Source: Octopus sinensis (lineage: Eukaryota). Taken from it: a stretch of 53,334 nucleotides of DNA. The translations under genes were made by a program, and so were the position numbers. Below, one piece after another: positions 24,272 through 36,614 of the stretch (within the stretch, counting starts at the first letter, position 1; each line of letters starts with the position of its first letter). Below the pieces are notes generated by a model that was given only the letters and a program-made list of their open reading frames with translations, ran no database searches and had not been told where the DNA came from. The stretch spans positions 1 through 53,334 of the forward strand of contig NW_021833908.1 in assembly GCF_006345805.1 (NCBI RefSeq). The letters run 5' to 3'.

Positions 24272-26118
24272 TCACTTACTCATTCTAAAAGTTTCATTTT
24301 TTTCTTCTTCTTTTGTATTGTTTTTGATGAGGTGTTTGTATAGTTTTTTCGACAGGTATCGTTGATACCCGCCTACCGCATTCGGAAATATTGTTTTCAG
24401 TATGTGGTGTTGTGCTTGTGTTATGTGTAAAATTCTGATGTGTTTCGGTGGTGTGGTGTGCGGATGATTGTTTGTCTTAAAGTCATCTTCACAGATGACC
24501 ATGTTGGATGTGATGTAGTCCATTAATTCTTTATTGTCTGTGTCTATTGCAGTTAGTTGTGTGTGTGGTTTTACGGGTTCATTACTTTTTTGATTGTCTA
24601 GGGGGATGTTGTCCTGTGTTAGATATCTCCCTGCTTTACTTCCTTGTTTGGTGGATTTTTTGGATATTTTTCTTTTACCCCCTGTGGCTATTTGCCATTC
24701 CGTCGAATTTTCGTCGTCAGACGTATCAGTATGGGGTAGAGGCAAAGCATTTGCATTACTATGTATGCTTGTATAAATTGTTTTGTGCGGTGTTTGTGTT
24801 GTGGTGTTAGGGGTAGCATTTGTCTTCTCGTCACTGTTTTCTGTCTTTTTAATTGTCGTTCTAGGTGTGGGTGTTGGTCTATTTTTTGTTGATTCAACAT
24901 GTTTAATTGGTTGTGACGTCAACAGTGATTGTGTTGGTAGTTTCTTTTCTTGGTGATGTTGTTGTGGTTTGTTTGCTGGTTTGTTGTTTTTCTTGGCATT
25001 GTTCCATAATTGAATGTGTTGGTGTTGGTGTTGGCAACAAAGGGATTTTATTTGTTTTCTGATTTGTTCTTTCTGTACCAGATCGCACTTGGCAATTAAA
25101 TGTTCGGGGCTGCCACATTTGTAGCATCTAGGCTTTTTGCCTTCTGCCACAACATATAGGCATTGCCCATTTTCTAAGTGGATCTTATCCGGTAGGCTCT
25201 CGATAGAGGCCCCCTCAATCTGTATGGTCACCACTATTGTCTTCCCACCCCAAATGTCGCCAAGGTACACGGCGGTTTCCAAAATGTTGATATTTTTTAA
25301 ATGGTAACAGATTGCCCCTGTTATCCATTTGTTAGGAATCTCGGGAGGTACATTTTTAATAGTGATTCGACTCACTCTCTGGTTTTTATACTATGGGACC
25401 ATGATGATTTCATAATTTCCCAGAGACTCAGTAGAGTGAGCTTTTGCCACTTCCTGGTTAGGGAAGCGGACCACTACTGTGTTAAACTGGGGACCCCAGT
25501 TTATATATTCTTTTTCTTTCATTATGTTTTTTAAGCATTTTTGTACATCTGTTTTTGTAATCTGTTCATTTAGTTTTTTGTTTTTCCTTATAATTTTATA
25601 AATAATTGTCATATTTTCTATTTCTTGCTTTATGTGTTGAGGTGTATGCAGCACTAAATCTTGTCCACGGGTTGTAAAGAGAGCTCTTGTTTCTATGAGC
25701 TCTTCATTTGTAAATGTTACAATCTCCTTCTTCTGGCGAAGAGTGTCAGCGAAATTTACTGGTGTTGTTGTTTTTTTGTATTAACATCTTCACTATTAGA
25801 TAGTTCATTTTTATTGTTGTTCTTGTTGTTGCTGTTGTTTTTGTCAATAGTTTTCGTGTGAGTTTTATTTTTATCATTTATGTTGGTGGTGGTGGTGGTG
25901 GTTGTAGCAGTAGTAGTCTCGTGGTTGCTGTTGTTAGTGGTGGTGGTGGCGGTGGTGACAGGGCTGTTACCGCACGTGGTTGCAGCGTTTATTTCACCGA
26001 TATTCATGTTTGCATTTGGCGTGCGTACGTTCTTTTTTTCTCCTAGTGTTTCCAAACTAGGAAAATGCTGGTCCATAAAGGAACGCGACCAGCGTTCTAC
26101 AATAAAATTTCTCGACAT
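24272..26118 (-). pseudogene. Tx1 ORF1 (gag-like, RRM-like region plus CX2CX4HX4C), disrupted
   Basis: Three pieces: 26118-25756, 25654-25391 and 25375-24272. Contains CYKCGSPEHLIAKC. The TAG at 25391 reads TAC in the duplicate at 26564. Confidence 0.85.
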
Positions 26119-26317
26119 TTTCTAATGTCGAGAAGAAAATTACAGAAATGAAATGGGGTTGAAGCTGCCCCTTGGGGCGAATTCCTCCCTTGGAAAAGCA
26201 CTCAAACGAAAGTTGGGTGCCTTACACAACTTATTTACAAAAATGTACACAAAAATTGGGCTATAAATAGTCAAAATAAACGATTACCTTCGGAGCCGAG
26301 GTGACAACACGTCAGTC

Positions 26318-26396
<79 letters not shown>
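26318..26396. repeat. (GATA)n microsatellite
   Basis: About 19-20 perfect GATA units. Confidence 0.98.
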
Positions 26397-26549
26397 GTGT
26401 GTGTGTAGACGCAGGCTCAGCTGTGTGCATAACAAGCCCGATTCCAAAATCTCATGGTCTTGAGTTCAGTGCCATTGCGCGGCAAATCTCTTTTTCTTTT
26501 ATTATGGTCCTGGTCCACCAAAAACTTTATGAGTGGATTTAGTGCACGG

Positions 26550-26799
26550 ATTATGAAATCATCATGGTCCCATACTATAAAAACCAGAGAGTGAGTCGAA
26601 TCACTATTAAAAATGTACCTCCCGAGATTCCTAACAAATGGATAACAGGGGCAATCTGTTACCATTTAAAAAATATCAACATTTTGGAAACCGCCGTGTA
26701 CCTTGGCGACATTTGGGGTGGGAAGACAATAGTGGTGACCATACAGATTGAGGGGGCCTCTATCGAGAGCCTACCGGATAAGATCCACTTAGAAAATGG
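26550..26799 (+). repeat. 250-bp inverted duplicate of Tx1 ORF1 (25167-25416), embedded in a decayed family 1 SINE
   Basis: Near-identical to the reverse complement of 25167-25416. The flanks resemble SINE sequence (gagtggattt..acgga and cagttcggc..agaaaccgat). Confidence 0.9.
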
Positions 26800-27261
26800 C
26801 AGTTCGGCCACATAGAAACCGATTGCATAGAAAAACTAAAAATAAAAAAAAAATAAGTACTGGTACCGATTTGTGAGATTAAAGCCGTCAAGGCAGTGTC
26901 CCAGTACGGTCGGTCTAATGAGACGATAAAAAGTCTTTCAAGGGAAATAACTCTAGCTCTACTATTAAATACTCCTACGACGTATTTAATAGTAGAGCTC
27001 GAGTTATTTCCCTTGAAAGACAAAATTATTATCGTATCGTTAACAAACTCCATTTCAAATGTATGTTTTTCATTGTGATTCTTTGTTTCTTTACTAGCCA
27101 CAAGGACCCAAAATAGAAGGGGACAAACAAGGACAGACAGGACACCACAACGAATATGAATGAGATGATTATATAGCAATGAGGTTATGAATGGCTACAT
27201 GCGCCCCTCATCACGTGCAGTACTATTAATCTTTTTTTTTTTACAGTCCATTTTTATCATG

Positions 27262-27628
27262 TACAAGCAATATCGCCCGGCGTTGCTCGACCCTTTAGAA
27301 TTGGAATTTTTGAAAAGTAAAAAATTTTCATTATGTAGCTTGTTATTCTCTTTAAGTGAACATTTTTCTGGTTGAAATACACCGAAAAATGACGACACAG
27401 TAATAAAAAAATCGTAAAAAATAGGGATTTTCATAGAAAAAAAGCACTTTTTGATGTAAATAATTTTTGGTCTTAACATTTGAATTTTTTGAATTTTTTC
27501 TTCTACCATTTAAATTTTTTCTTCCACAGAAGGAAGAGCAAGCCTTCTTCTATCATACTCTTAATTTTGGTCAACTTGCGCCGCAGGGTTTCGGAGAAGA
27601 TAGTGTTAGTTGAAGGCTACCAACCCTT
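27262..27628 (-). mobile_element. non-autonomous Helitron-like fragment
   Basis: The end motif gcaatatcgcccggcgttgctcg matches the ends of the 34400 array units. Confidence 0.5.
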
Positions 27629-28352
27629 GATTTTTTATTATCCATAAGGACATACATGGAATGGACGATACAATCACGGATGATTTGACATTTAAAGCGC
27701 AATTTGGGGTCGATAAAAAAATTTAACATGATTTTATATAAAATAAATGAATAAACAACACAATGGACATTTTTTAAACAAACGGAGTGGGGCGGGTTTA
27801 CGGACCCCACGAACCCCGCCTCTTCACTGACCTCGGTTTTTTGGCTTATCTCGCATCCACGAGAGACCTTTTATACATGACATTCTTCCATCTTTCATCA
27901 AACACTTTCTTACTCAGGCACCTCATTCCCAGCCTTATTTGTCTCTTTAGGTGGAATATAAAAATTTCCACCAAACCAGGAGCAGAGATGAAGTTGTCTG
28001 ACATCAACCCTCTCATCCTTGTTTTCCATACTACCTGTTTCGCAACTGCAACCACAGAGAAAAAACAATTCTTACCTTCTTTCGTTAAGAAATCCGGCGG
28101 GTCAATTTTCACTATGGATTCAGACGATAGCTGTGCTCTTCCTCCACCTGACAACAGTTGTTCGGCAAAAACCCACATGTCTGACACCTCCGGACACTGC
28201 ACAGATCGGGGTGTCGTGGCCACTATGCCTTGAGAGTTTATCCCGAACAGGTAAGGCACCTCGGTAACACTGCCATGCCAAGGACTTCTGAAAATTATCC
28301 AGGGTCGAATGTACCTTAGAACAGTCTGGCCAGCTGATTATCGTCGAAACCT
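27629..28352 (-). mobile_element. 5'-truncated second Tx1 family: ORF2 C-terminus plus 3' UTR
   Basis: DNFQKSLAWQCYRGALPVR and QCPEVSDMWVFAEQLLS...HLKRQIR align with the C-terminus of Tx1 #1. AATAAA lies near 27635. Confidence 0.85.
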
Positions 28353-30302
28353 AGGGTCTCCCTTAATGTTGTTTTATTATTACCGACTAGGGGCTACATA
28401 GATGGGACAATACAATCGGGAAAATGAATAATGAATTATGAAGTTTGTACAATGTGGTGTAATGCCCACTCGATCCCCGAAATCGAGCGGTTACATTTCG
28501 TCATTTGTTTTTTATTCGTCAACAATATTTTCCAAATAAAACATTTTATACATTTTCAACATACATTTCAAAAGTTTTACAAAGTTCAACATTTCTTTTT
28601 TTTTTTTTCAGAATTTAAAGTTCTTTTTATCATTTCCAAATTAAAGTTTTCACAATACCTTTTCTTTATATATACTCCATTATGTCTACCAAATCTGAGT
28701 AAACTTCCATCGTTCGAGGCCACCTTGTAAGTCGGCATTTCATATGTTTTGACACGTTCTTGCCAGCTGCCTCGATGAACGCCTCGGCGTCGTTCTCGTG
28801 GACGAGTGCACCTGTTTCTTTCATTCGGTGCCCATCCTGACCCACGTATATCCGTTTGTTCGTTATTAAATCTTCCATCTCCTCACAGTGCCTGTGATGG
28901 ATCAACGTATTTGAATTTTCTATTCGTACCTACGTTTTCTCTAGTTTTTCTCTTAGGACTTACTTCCTCTTTTTTCTCCTCCCTCGGTTTCTCTCTTTTC
29001 TCTTTTTGCTTTCTCTTCTTTCTCTTCTTTCTTTTTCCTTCTCTTGTCTTTTTGGCTCTTTGTCTGCCGTCTCTCTACCCTGTGCCTTAAGTTCCTTTCC
29101 TGTTGTTTCTTTTCCTTTTTGCATACCATCTTTTCCTTTCTCTTGGTTCTGTTCCTTCTCTTGTTCTTTTCCTGCTTTTTCTCTTTCCTTTAATGTACTT
29201 TCCTTTTCTTTCTTCTCTTGCTTCTGCCTTGGCTCCTTCTCCACTACTTCTGCACCCTGTGAATTTTGCTCCTTTTCTACTATCTTCTTCCCTTTGTTTT
29301 CATTTTCCTTCAGTGCGCTGTTACTTCCCTTCTCTTGTTGTTTCTCCGTTATTTCCTTTTCCTTGTTTTCGCTGTTCTTTCCTTCGTGTTCGTTTTCCTT
29401 CTCTCCACTTTGTGTCTCTTTTTGCTCCGCTGTGAATTCATACAGCGGACATTCCTTTTTTATGTGCCCTCTTGATCCGCACAGGTAGCAATTCGGTTTT
29501 CTGCCTTCCACTATTACACTAATTGTTTTCTCGTTTTCTATTGCTATTTGGAAGGGAAATCTTTCGATGTCTTCCATTGTGGCCATCAGCCACAACTCTA
29601 CTCCGAATCCCTTCCAATTTACAACGTTCGTCTCCTTAATTGACCCTATTTCTACTTCCTCTCTTTGCTGCCCCAATAATGGCTGTTACCAGCATTTCTT
29701 TTAATATCTGGGGGCACCTTTGGGACTCTTACCCGTACCCCTCGTCTTCCTTTATACGTCGGCCACATGGTGAAATTTTCCGCTTTCAGGACAGTGGAAG
29801 CCAATGAGGCCGCCACTTCCTTTGTTGCGCATCTCACCTCCACCGTACCATATTTCTTTCCTCTGTCTACAAAAGTCGCTTTTTTCATGATGTCCCCCAG
29901 ACATTTCTCTATTTCTTCAATCGTCACTCTCACCAGTTTTCTCGTGTTTCTATCTTGCGTTCTATACGTTATCGTCTTGTTATTTTTCTCTTCTATTGTT
30001 TCCACAGGCGGGACCAGCTTCACGCTGTCACCCTCCCTTTTGACGAACTTCTCGTATTCCTTCAATTGTTCTTTTCTAAAGAACACTTCTTTTATTCTAA
30101 GAGACTCGTCACTTTTTGTTGTGGCGACCCCCGCGTAAGTCTCCATGACTTGAGGGTCGACACACCTTCTATAAAAGGTTCAAACACGTAGCGGCAAACG
30201 CCTCGCGCGATTCAATTTTTTGACAATTTTAAAGTTTTTTTTTCAATTTTCACATACAAAATAACTCACAACACACGTGGATAGATTTCCTCCATGTGTT
30301 CA
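28353..30302 (-). mobile_element. ORF1-only Tx1-related non-autonomous element (element C)
   Basis: ~155-bp 5' UTR, a frameshifted ORF1 at 30146-28666 (VIVEGRKPNCYLCGSRGHIKKEC), and a ~310-bp 3' UTR with AATAAA. No APE or RT sequence. Confidence 0.8.
28666..30146 (-). pseudogene. gag-like ORF1 of element C (frameshifted)
   Basis: Pieces 30146-29652, 29676-28960 and 28905-28666. Homologous to ORF1 of elements A and B (TYR..EEIEKCL..RGKKYGTV..YKGRRGVRVR). Confidence 0.8.
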
Positions 30303-30399
30303 AGGGTCTCCCTTAATGTTGTTTTATTATTACCCACTAGGGGCTACATAGATGGGACAATACAATCGGGAAAATGAATAATGAATTATGAAGTTTGTA
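30303..30399 (-). repeat. 97-bp duplicate of the 3' end of element C, lying directly upstream of its 5' end
   Basis: agggtctcccttaatgttgttttattattacc-actaggggc...aagtttgta is near-identical to about 28352-28448. Confidence 0.9.
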
Positions 30400-30465
30400 G
30401 CCTTTATCATTCCAAACATTCTTTTCTAAGCAAAAAAGTAAACACGGCCAACAGAATAATTTATT

Positions 30466-30871
30466 GGATCTTTTCGGTTTGAACGGCAGTTTTTTTCTAA
30501 CGGTGTCATATGAAATTGTCACCCATAATTATGACCCTAGTATCGATCTATTGCATTTCAATCTGTTTTAGAGGTGGGGGGAAGGGTATCTTTTTTCTTC
30601 ACAAATGTAAATAAACCCAATCTGTTTCTTAAACGAGGGACATATTCATACGGCACAGAATGTTTTTTTTACCTCAATGGACGTAATTGATTGGTTGAAA
30701 TTGCAGAAATTGAAGAAAAAAACAACAAATATCTTACAAACCATAGAATTTTCTCAATAAAGCCAAGAGAAAAAGGTGTTTTATAAACACATTCTACCAG
30801 TATACGAAGTTTAAAATTTTTTAGTTACCTAGAAATTATGTTAAAAACTGCCGTTCAAACCGAAAAGATCC
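30466..30871. mobile_element. GGATC-ended MITE with complete TIRs
   Basis: GGATCTTTTCGGTTTGAACGGCAG...CTGCCGTTCAAACCGAAAAGATCC. Confidence 0.85.
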
Positions 30872-31486
30872 AAAAAGTAAACGAAGCCAACAGAATAATT
30901 TATTAAGTGTAGCACTTTTAGTTAACCATTATGTCTTTTCATACAAATTAACTTGAAATTGTTTCGTGAATTTCTTGTTGTAGCTTCACAAATTAGGTAA
31001 ATTCGGTGTTGGTCTCCTACTATTTATAATTAATTATTTTCCATCGAAATCTCTTTTCGAAAAACTATTTCTCAAAGTATCGTTTATAACACACATTTCA
31101 CTCATTTCGAAAAAGGCTGTTCTTATACGTGTAAGCGTCTACGTAAATTGTAAGTCAATTTCAACAAAATGGGAAAATAACCTTAGTTAAATTAATTTAA
31201 GATTAATTAGCTATTTCTGAAATAAGAAATATAATATATATAATATTTTTGTTTTCAGAACACTTCAAAAATATAACAGTGCAAACAGATGTTTTGGATA
31301 AAAAAAATATTCAAACTTACCGCCAGGCTTTCCCAACATTTCATTTGGCTAACTCAAGAATTATGGGACGGCTTTTGTTCCGGTCGGAAATTTTTCGGAT
31401 CAAAAAGTGGAACCAGGTTCCACTGAGAGGGGAAGGGGAGACAAAATATTTCGAAAACAACCTTGCATTCCTGAGAGTGCACGCCC

Positions 31487-31560
<74 letters not shown>

Positions 31561-31564
31561 ATAT

Positions 31565-32118
31565 ATACTACCCACAAGGGGCTGAACATAGAGAGGACAA
31601 AGGAATTAAGTCAATTGCATCGACCCCAGTGCGAAACAGGTATTTTATTTATCGACCCCGAAAGGATGAAAGGCAAAGTCGACCTCGGCGGAATTTGAAC
31701 TCAGAATGTAACGACAGACGAAATACCTATTTCTTTACTACCCACAAGGGGCTTAACACAGAAGGGACAAACAAGGACAGACATAGGTATTAAGTCGATT
31801 ACTTAATTTATCGACCCCGAAAGGATGAAAGGCAAAGTCAACCTCGGTGGAATTTGAACTCACAACGTAACGACAGACGAAATACCTATTTCTTTATTAC
31901 CCACAAGGGACTAAACACAGAGGGGACAAACAAGGACAGACATAGGTATTAAGTCGATTACATCGACCCCAGTGCGTAACTGGTACTTATTTTATCGACC
32001 CCGAAAGGATGAAAGGTAAAGTCGACCTCGGCGGAATTTGAACTCAGAACGTAACGGCAGACGAAATACCGCTAAGCATTTCGCCCGGCTCGCTAACGAT
32101 TCTGCCAGCTTGCCGCCC
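31565..32118 (-). mobile_element. family 2 SINE multimer (one head plus repeated bodies)
   Basis: Repeated gaaaggatgaaaggcaaagtc-acctcggcggaatttgaactca. Junctions at 31724/31725 and 31883/31884. Confidence 0.85.
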
Positions 32119-33997
32119 ATTTTCATAATTGTTGTCATCGTCAATTCGTCTGGTCATCAGGTCGTCATCTTCACCGTTGCCACCACGCTGGCGCTATCGT
32201 CTATGTCATCATAATCGTCGCCTTTCGCTTCTTCGTCGCATCGTCGTCTATGTCGTTCCTCTTTCTTCCCTAATTACTTTTCTAAACAAATGAAATCTTT
32301 AGAAAATTAAAAGTTGGAAAGTGTTTAATAACATGCTAACTTGTTGTACTTCATTGTACTTCGTTGTACTCCAAACAATTTCCCATTTCCAACACAGAAT
32401 TAATTACTTGGAACGAGAGAAAGAAATGGATGGGTTTCATGTCTTCTGACTATCAGTCACCATTCACAGGTTTCATTTACAAAGTTCACCCTTTGTTAAT
32501 TACCAGAAAGACTTGTGTTATTCGTAGCTATTATTAATTACACGCCAACTATGTGCGTATTATTTTGCTAGTAAGAAAGTTTCAGTCGCAGGCTTCAATT
32601 AACATTTTAATAAAACAGACGTAATTTTTTTTTTTTTTTACATATGGGCTTGCGGGAACTTTTGAAGTAATGAGAGCGAAAGAGACTAAGAGAAAGCGAT
32701 TGTCTGTCTCCCACACCCCATCAAACACACACACGCACACACACACACATGTACATCAATGCTTTCCATGCACGGTAACTTCAAAAGAACTTCCCTCGTC
32801 ATACAATCGCTTTCTCTTAGTCTCTTTCGCTCTCATTACTTCAAAAGTTCCCTCAAGCCCATATGTAAAAAAAAAAAAAAGGTTTTTACGGAAATCGACG
32901 GAAAGTTCTACTAGAGACGAAAGATCGCCCAGACGTGCACGATTGCCTTGAGGTACGTAGCAATAAAATGAAGAGAGAGAGTGTGTGTATGCTGATGAAT
33001 TGCTGACCTGCTATGAAACCACTTGGTTCAATAATCCAATTCAAACTCGTGGAAACTAATTTTACAGTGAAACGAATATTTGGCTGTGATTAAGAAGCTT
33101 GCTTGTGACGAGCGAGTTTCACATTCACTCCTATTTTACGGGCACCTTCGACAAGTGTTTTATACTGTGGTCCCGGGCCGACCAATGCCGCCTTGTGAGA
33201 GAATTTGATAAGCGGAGACTGTGTAGAAGCTTAGTTGTTTACGTATCAGTAACTTAGTAACGTGTGTGTATATGTATATATATATTAGAAGGTTTGGAGA
33301 TGATGTACAGGTATTTTATATTAGAAGAAATGAGATACTCGGAAATTCGGATGGTTTTATATTTACAGATATTTATTTGTATATTACATGTTTTTTATAC
33401 ATCATATAATTTACATCATATAATAGCGCTTTCGTCCATTCTGGTGGATTTTTCAAATTAAACTAAGTTCCTGTTGAAAAATTTTGACCATTTTATATTG
33501 TTATTGAGTGTGTAGTGGTGGGAAGGGCTATATATATATATTAGAAGGTTTGGAGGTGATGAACAGGTATTATATACTAGAAAAAAATTAAGTGCTCAGA
33601 AATCTGGATGGTTGTACATTTACAGATTTTTATTAATATGTCTCTTTCTCCCTCGATAAAAGCAGACACGACACACGGACACGCGTTCACATTCACACAC
33701 GCACTCATACCCTCGCACACAGTCATACATCTACACATACACTCACACACGCAATCACACTCACACATACAGACACTCCTACACATACATACTCGCACTC
33801 ACACTTACACACACACTCTCACATACACACAATCACACCCACTCACACTCAAAAACAATCACATACGCTCTCATACACATACATACTCTCTCTCTCTCTC
33901 TCTCTCTCACTCACAAACAATCACATACGCACACACACACACTTTCTCGCTCTCTCTCACTCGCACACACTCACAATCACATACGCACACACACACA

Positions 33998-34052
<55 letters not shown>

Positions 34053-34399
34053 TCTCTCTCTCTCTCACTCTCACACACGCACATACACACACGTGTTTGT
34101 GTCCCTGTAATGTCATAAAACTACTTCAAACATTGAACTTGGTTTGACGCAAACTTCGTGTCATTTCTTTGTTTTCGTTTTGTTTTTCTAAAAAATATTT
34201 CATCATTAAAAAAGCCAAATGTTTCGTAATTTGCTTTCCATTATGTGCAATAATGTTGCTTCCGTTTATATTGACATCAATCTTTTCCTGGCTATCATCA
34301 TTGTTATATCACTGCCTTCATTAATCGTCAGCGTGACAGAATGGCAATCTCCCTTTGTTTGAATAAATTTTTAAAAATATAATCTTGACGTATACATAA

Positions 34400-35711
34400 C
34401 TAGCAGTATCGCCCGGCGTTGCTCGGGTTTGTAAGGGAAATAACTATATAAGCATTTTTAGTGAGTTATAGCAAAAAAAATAGCAAAAAATGCATTAAAA
34501 ATGGAATAAAAAATTATGGTAATTTTTTTTTTAAATCGTTGACTCATCGTAGACATTTTTAGAGAGTTACTTCCCTTATATAATAGCGAAAAATGCATTA
34601 AAATGGAATAAAATGATGGTAAATTTTTTTTTAAATCGTAGACTCATCGTAGACGCGCGCTAATACCCAGTAGGGCTCGATATGAATCACGACTATAAGA
34701 TACCCGGTTTTGGTTACACTGCACCGCAAAATGTGGGAGTAGTTAGGAATCTAAATCGTAGGAGACAGACACACAACCTTACTTTTATATATAAAGACTA
34801 GCAGTATCGCCCGGCGTTGCTCGGGTTTGTAAGGGAAATAACTATATAAGCATTTTTAGAGAGTAATAGCCAAAAAATAGCAAAAAAATGCATTAAAAAT
34901 GGAAAAAAAATTATGGTAATTTTTTTTTTAATCGTTGACTCATCGTAGACATTTTTAGAGAGTTACTTCCCTTATAAAATAGCGAAAAAATGCATTAAAA
35001 TGGAAAAAAATGATGGTAAATTTTTTTTTAAATCGTAGACTCATCGTAGACGCGCGCTAATACCCAGAAGGGCTCGATATGAATCACGACTATAAGATAC
35101 CCGGTTTTGGTTAAACTGCACCGCAAAATGTGGGAGTAGTTAGGAATCTAAATCGTAGGAGACAGACACACAACTTCACTTTTATATATAAAGACTAGCA
35201 GTATCGCCCGGCATTGCTTGGGTTTGTAAGGGAAATAACTATATAAGCATTTTTAGAGAGTTACTTCCTTTATAGATGCCAATTCGGGCTTTCTTATCCA
35301 TTTCTGTTTTGGTGTCTTCAAGCCATGAAGTCGTTGTTCTAAAAGAACGCTGGTCTCCTTGACAACGCATTACGATGTTGATTTCCTTAAACTCCCTTCC
35401 CCACAGCTTCATGAGGGAGGGAAGAAGGGGGAGAAGCAAACACAGGTGCAGGTGTTTGAGCGTGGACGCCAACTCCGCCGCCATCGACACACGAAAAATT
35501 ATGCATTAAAATGGAATAAAAAATGATGTTAAATTATTTTTAAAATCGTAGACTCATCGTAGACGCACGCTAATACCCAGACGGATTTGATATTAATCAC
35601 GACTATAAGATACCCGAATTTGGTTAAACTGCACCGCAAAATGTGGGAGGAGTTAGGAATCTAAATCGTAGGAGAAAGACACTCACACAACTATAGTTTT
35701 ATATATATAGA
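34400..35711 (-). mobile_element. head-to-tail array of non-autonomous Helitrons (398 bp, 397 bp and a ~517-bp variant)
   Basis: On the minus strand each unit runs 5'-TC...CCCG(A/G)GCAACGCCGGG hairpin...CTAG-3'. CTAG|TC junctions at 34797/34798 and 35194/35195. The array sits between A and T. Confidence 0.85.
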
Positions 35712-35789
35712 TTTGTGCAACAACTAAAACATTCGGTTGTGCAAATTGTTTGCACAGGAAACCTACCCTGTGTGGCGGTTTTTGCCGTT

Positions 35790-36226
35790 TTTGTGGATCT
35801 GTTTCAGCTTTTTTAGCGATTTCTGTTTTGGCGACTTTAAGCCATGAAGTCGTTGTTCTAAAAGAACGCTGGTCTCCTTGACAACGCATTACGACGTTGA
35901 TTTCCTTACACTCCCTTCCCCACAGCTTCACGAGGTAGGGAAGAAGGGGGAGAAGCAACACAGGTGCAGGTGTTTGAGCGTGGACGCCAATTCCGCCGCC
36001 ATCGACACACGAAAAAATATGCATTAAAATGGAATAAAAAATGATGTTAAATTATTTTTAAAATCGTAGACTCATCGTAGACGCGCACTAATACCCAGAC
36101 GGGCTCGATATGAATCACGACTATAAGATACCCGAATTTGGTTAAACTACACCGCAAAATGTGGGAGGAGTTAGGAATCTAAATCGTAGGAGACAGACAC
36201 TCACACAACTACAGTTTTATATATAT
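35790..36226 (-). mobile_element. fourth Helitron unit (variant with the extra segment), lacking the CTAG end
   Basis: About 90% similar by eye to 35290-35711. Confidence 0.75.
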
Positions 36227-36229
36227 CTC

Positions 36230-36300
<71 letters not shown>

Positions 36301-36305
<5 letters not shown>

Positions 36306-36605
36306 AAATATTGAATTTCTAATTCTCTCGTAGAGACATGTACGGTGGTGGGGCGATAGAATGGTTGTATACTGTCAATCTAACAAGAACGTGACAGTAG
36401 GGGGTACACCACCGTTGTATGTATAGACGTCCAGGAGGCATCGAACGCCTCCTGATAGCTTCGACTTCGACATTTTTTTCCTGTGTCCTTATATACATAT
36501 ACGAAGGGGAGACAAACACCCCCGGCCGCCGGAACTGCATCTAGGGACACCGTGTTTCAGGATCATTGTCCTTCATCGGCCTAGAGTAGCAGACACCGGT
36601 CGGCT
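36301..36605 (-). mobile_element. downstream part of a ~375-bp HHR-containing repeat unit (retrozyme/PLE-like)
   Basis: Homologous to 40193-40544. It becomes contiguous with 40123-40192 once elements A and B are removed. Confidence 0.7.
36540..36585 (-). ncRNA. type I hammerhead ribozyme with a CCGAUGA core variant
   Basis: Minus strand: TCTAGG-CCGATGA-AGGA-CAATGA-TCCT-GAA-ACAC-G-GTGT-C-CCTAGA. Stems I and II pair perfectly and the triplet is GUC. Confidence 0.7.
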
Positions 36606-36614
36606 GGTGATATT

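Larger units (their letters stand above)
20462..26317 (-). mobile_element. full-length Tx1-clade (L1 group) non-LTR retrotransposon, about 5.86 kb, flanked by (GATA)n on both sides
   Basis: 5' UTR, CCHC ORF1, APE-RT-CCHC ORF2, then a 3' UTR with AATAAA (minus strand, 20466-20471). GATA tracts lie at about 20377-20461 and 26318-26396. Confidence 0.9.

Noticed and set aside
30905-31490. Possible DNA-transposon remnant ending in TGCACGCCCCTG
   Set aside because: Only one TIR-like end was found, with no recognisable transposase or TSD.
35239-36024. 83-aa and 113-aa ORFs in the Helitron extra segment
   Set aside because: No recognisable domain, and the frames differ between copies outside the shared core.
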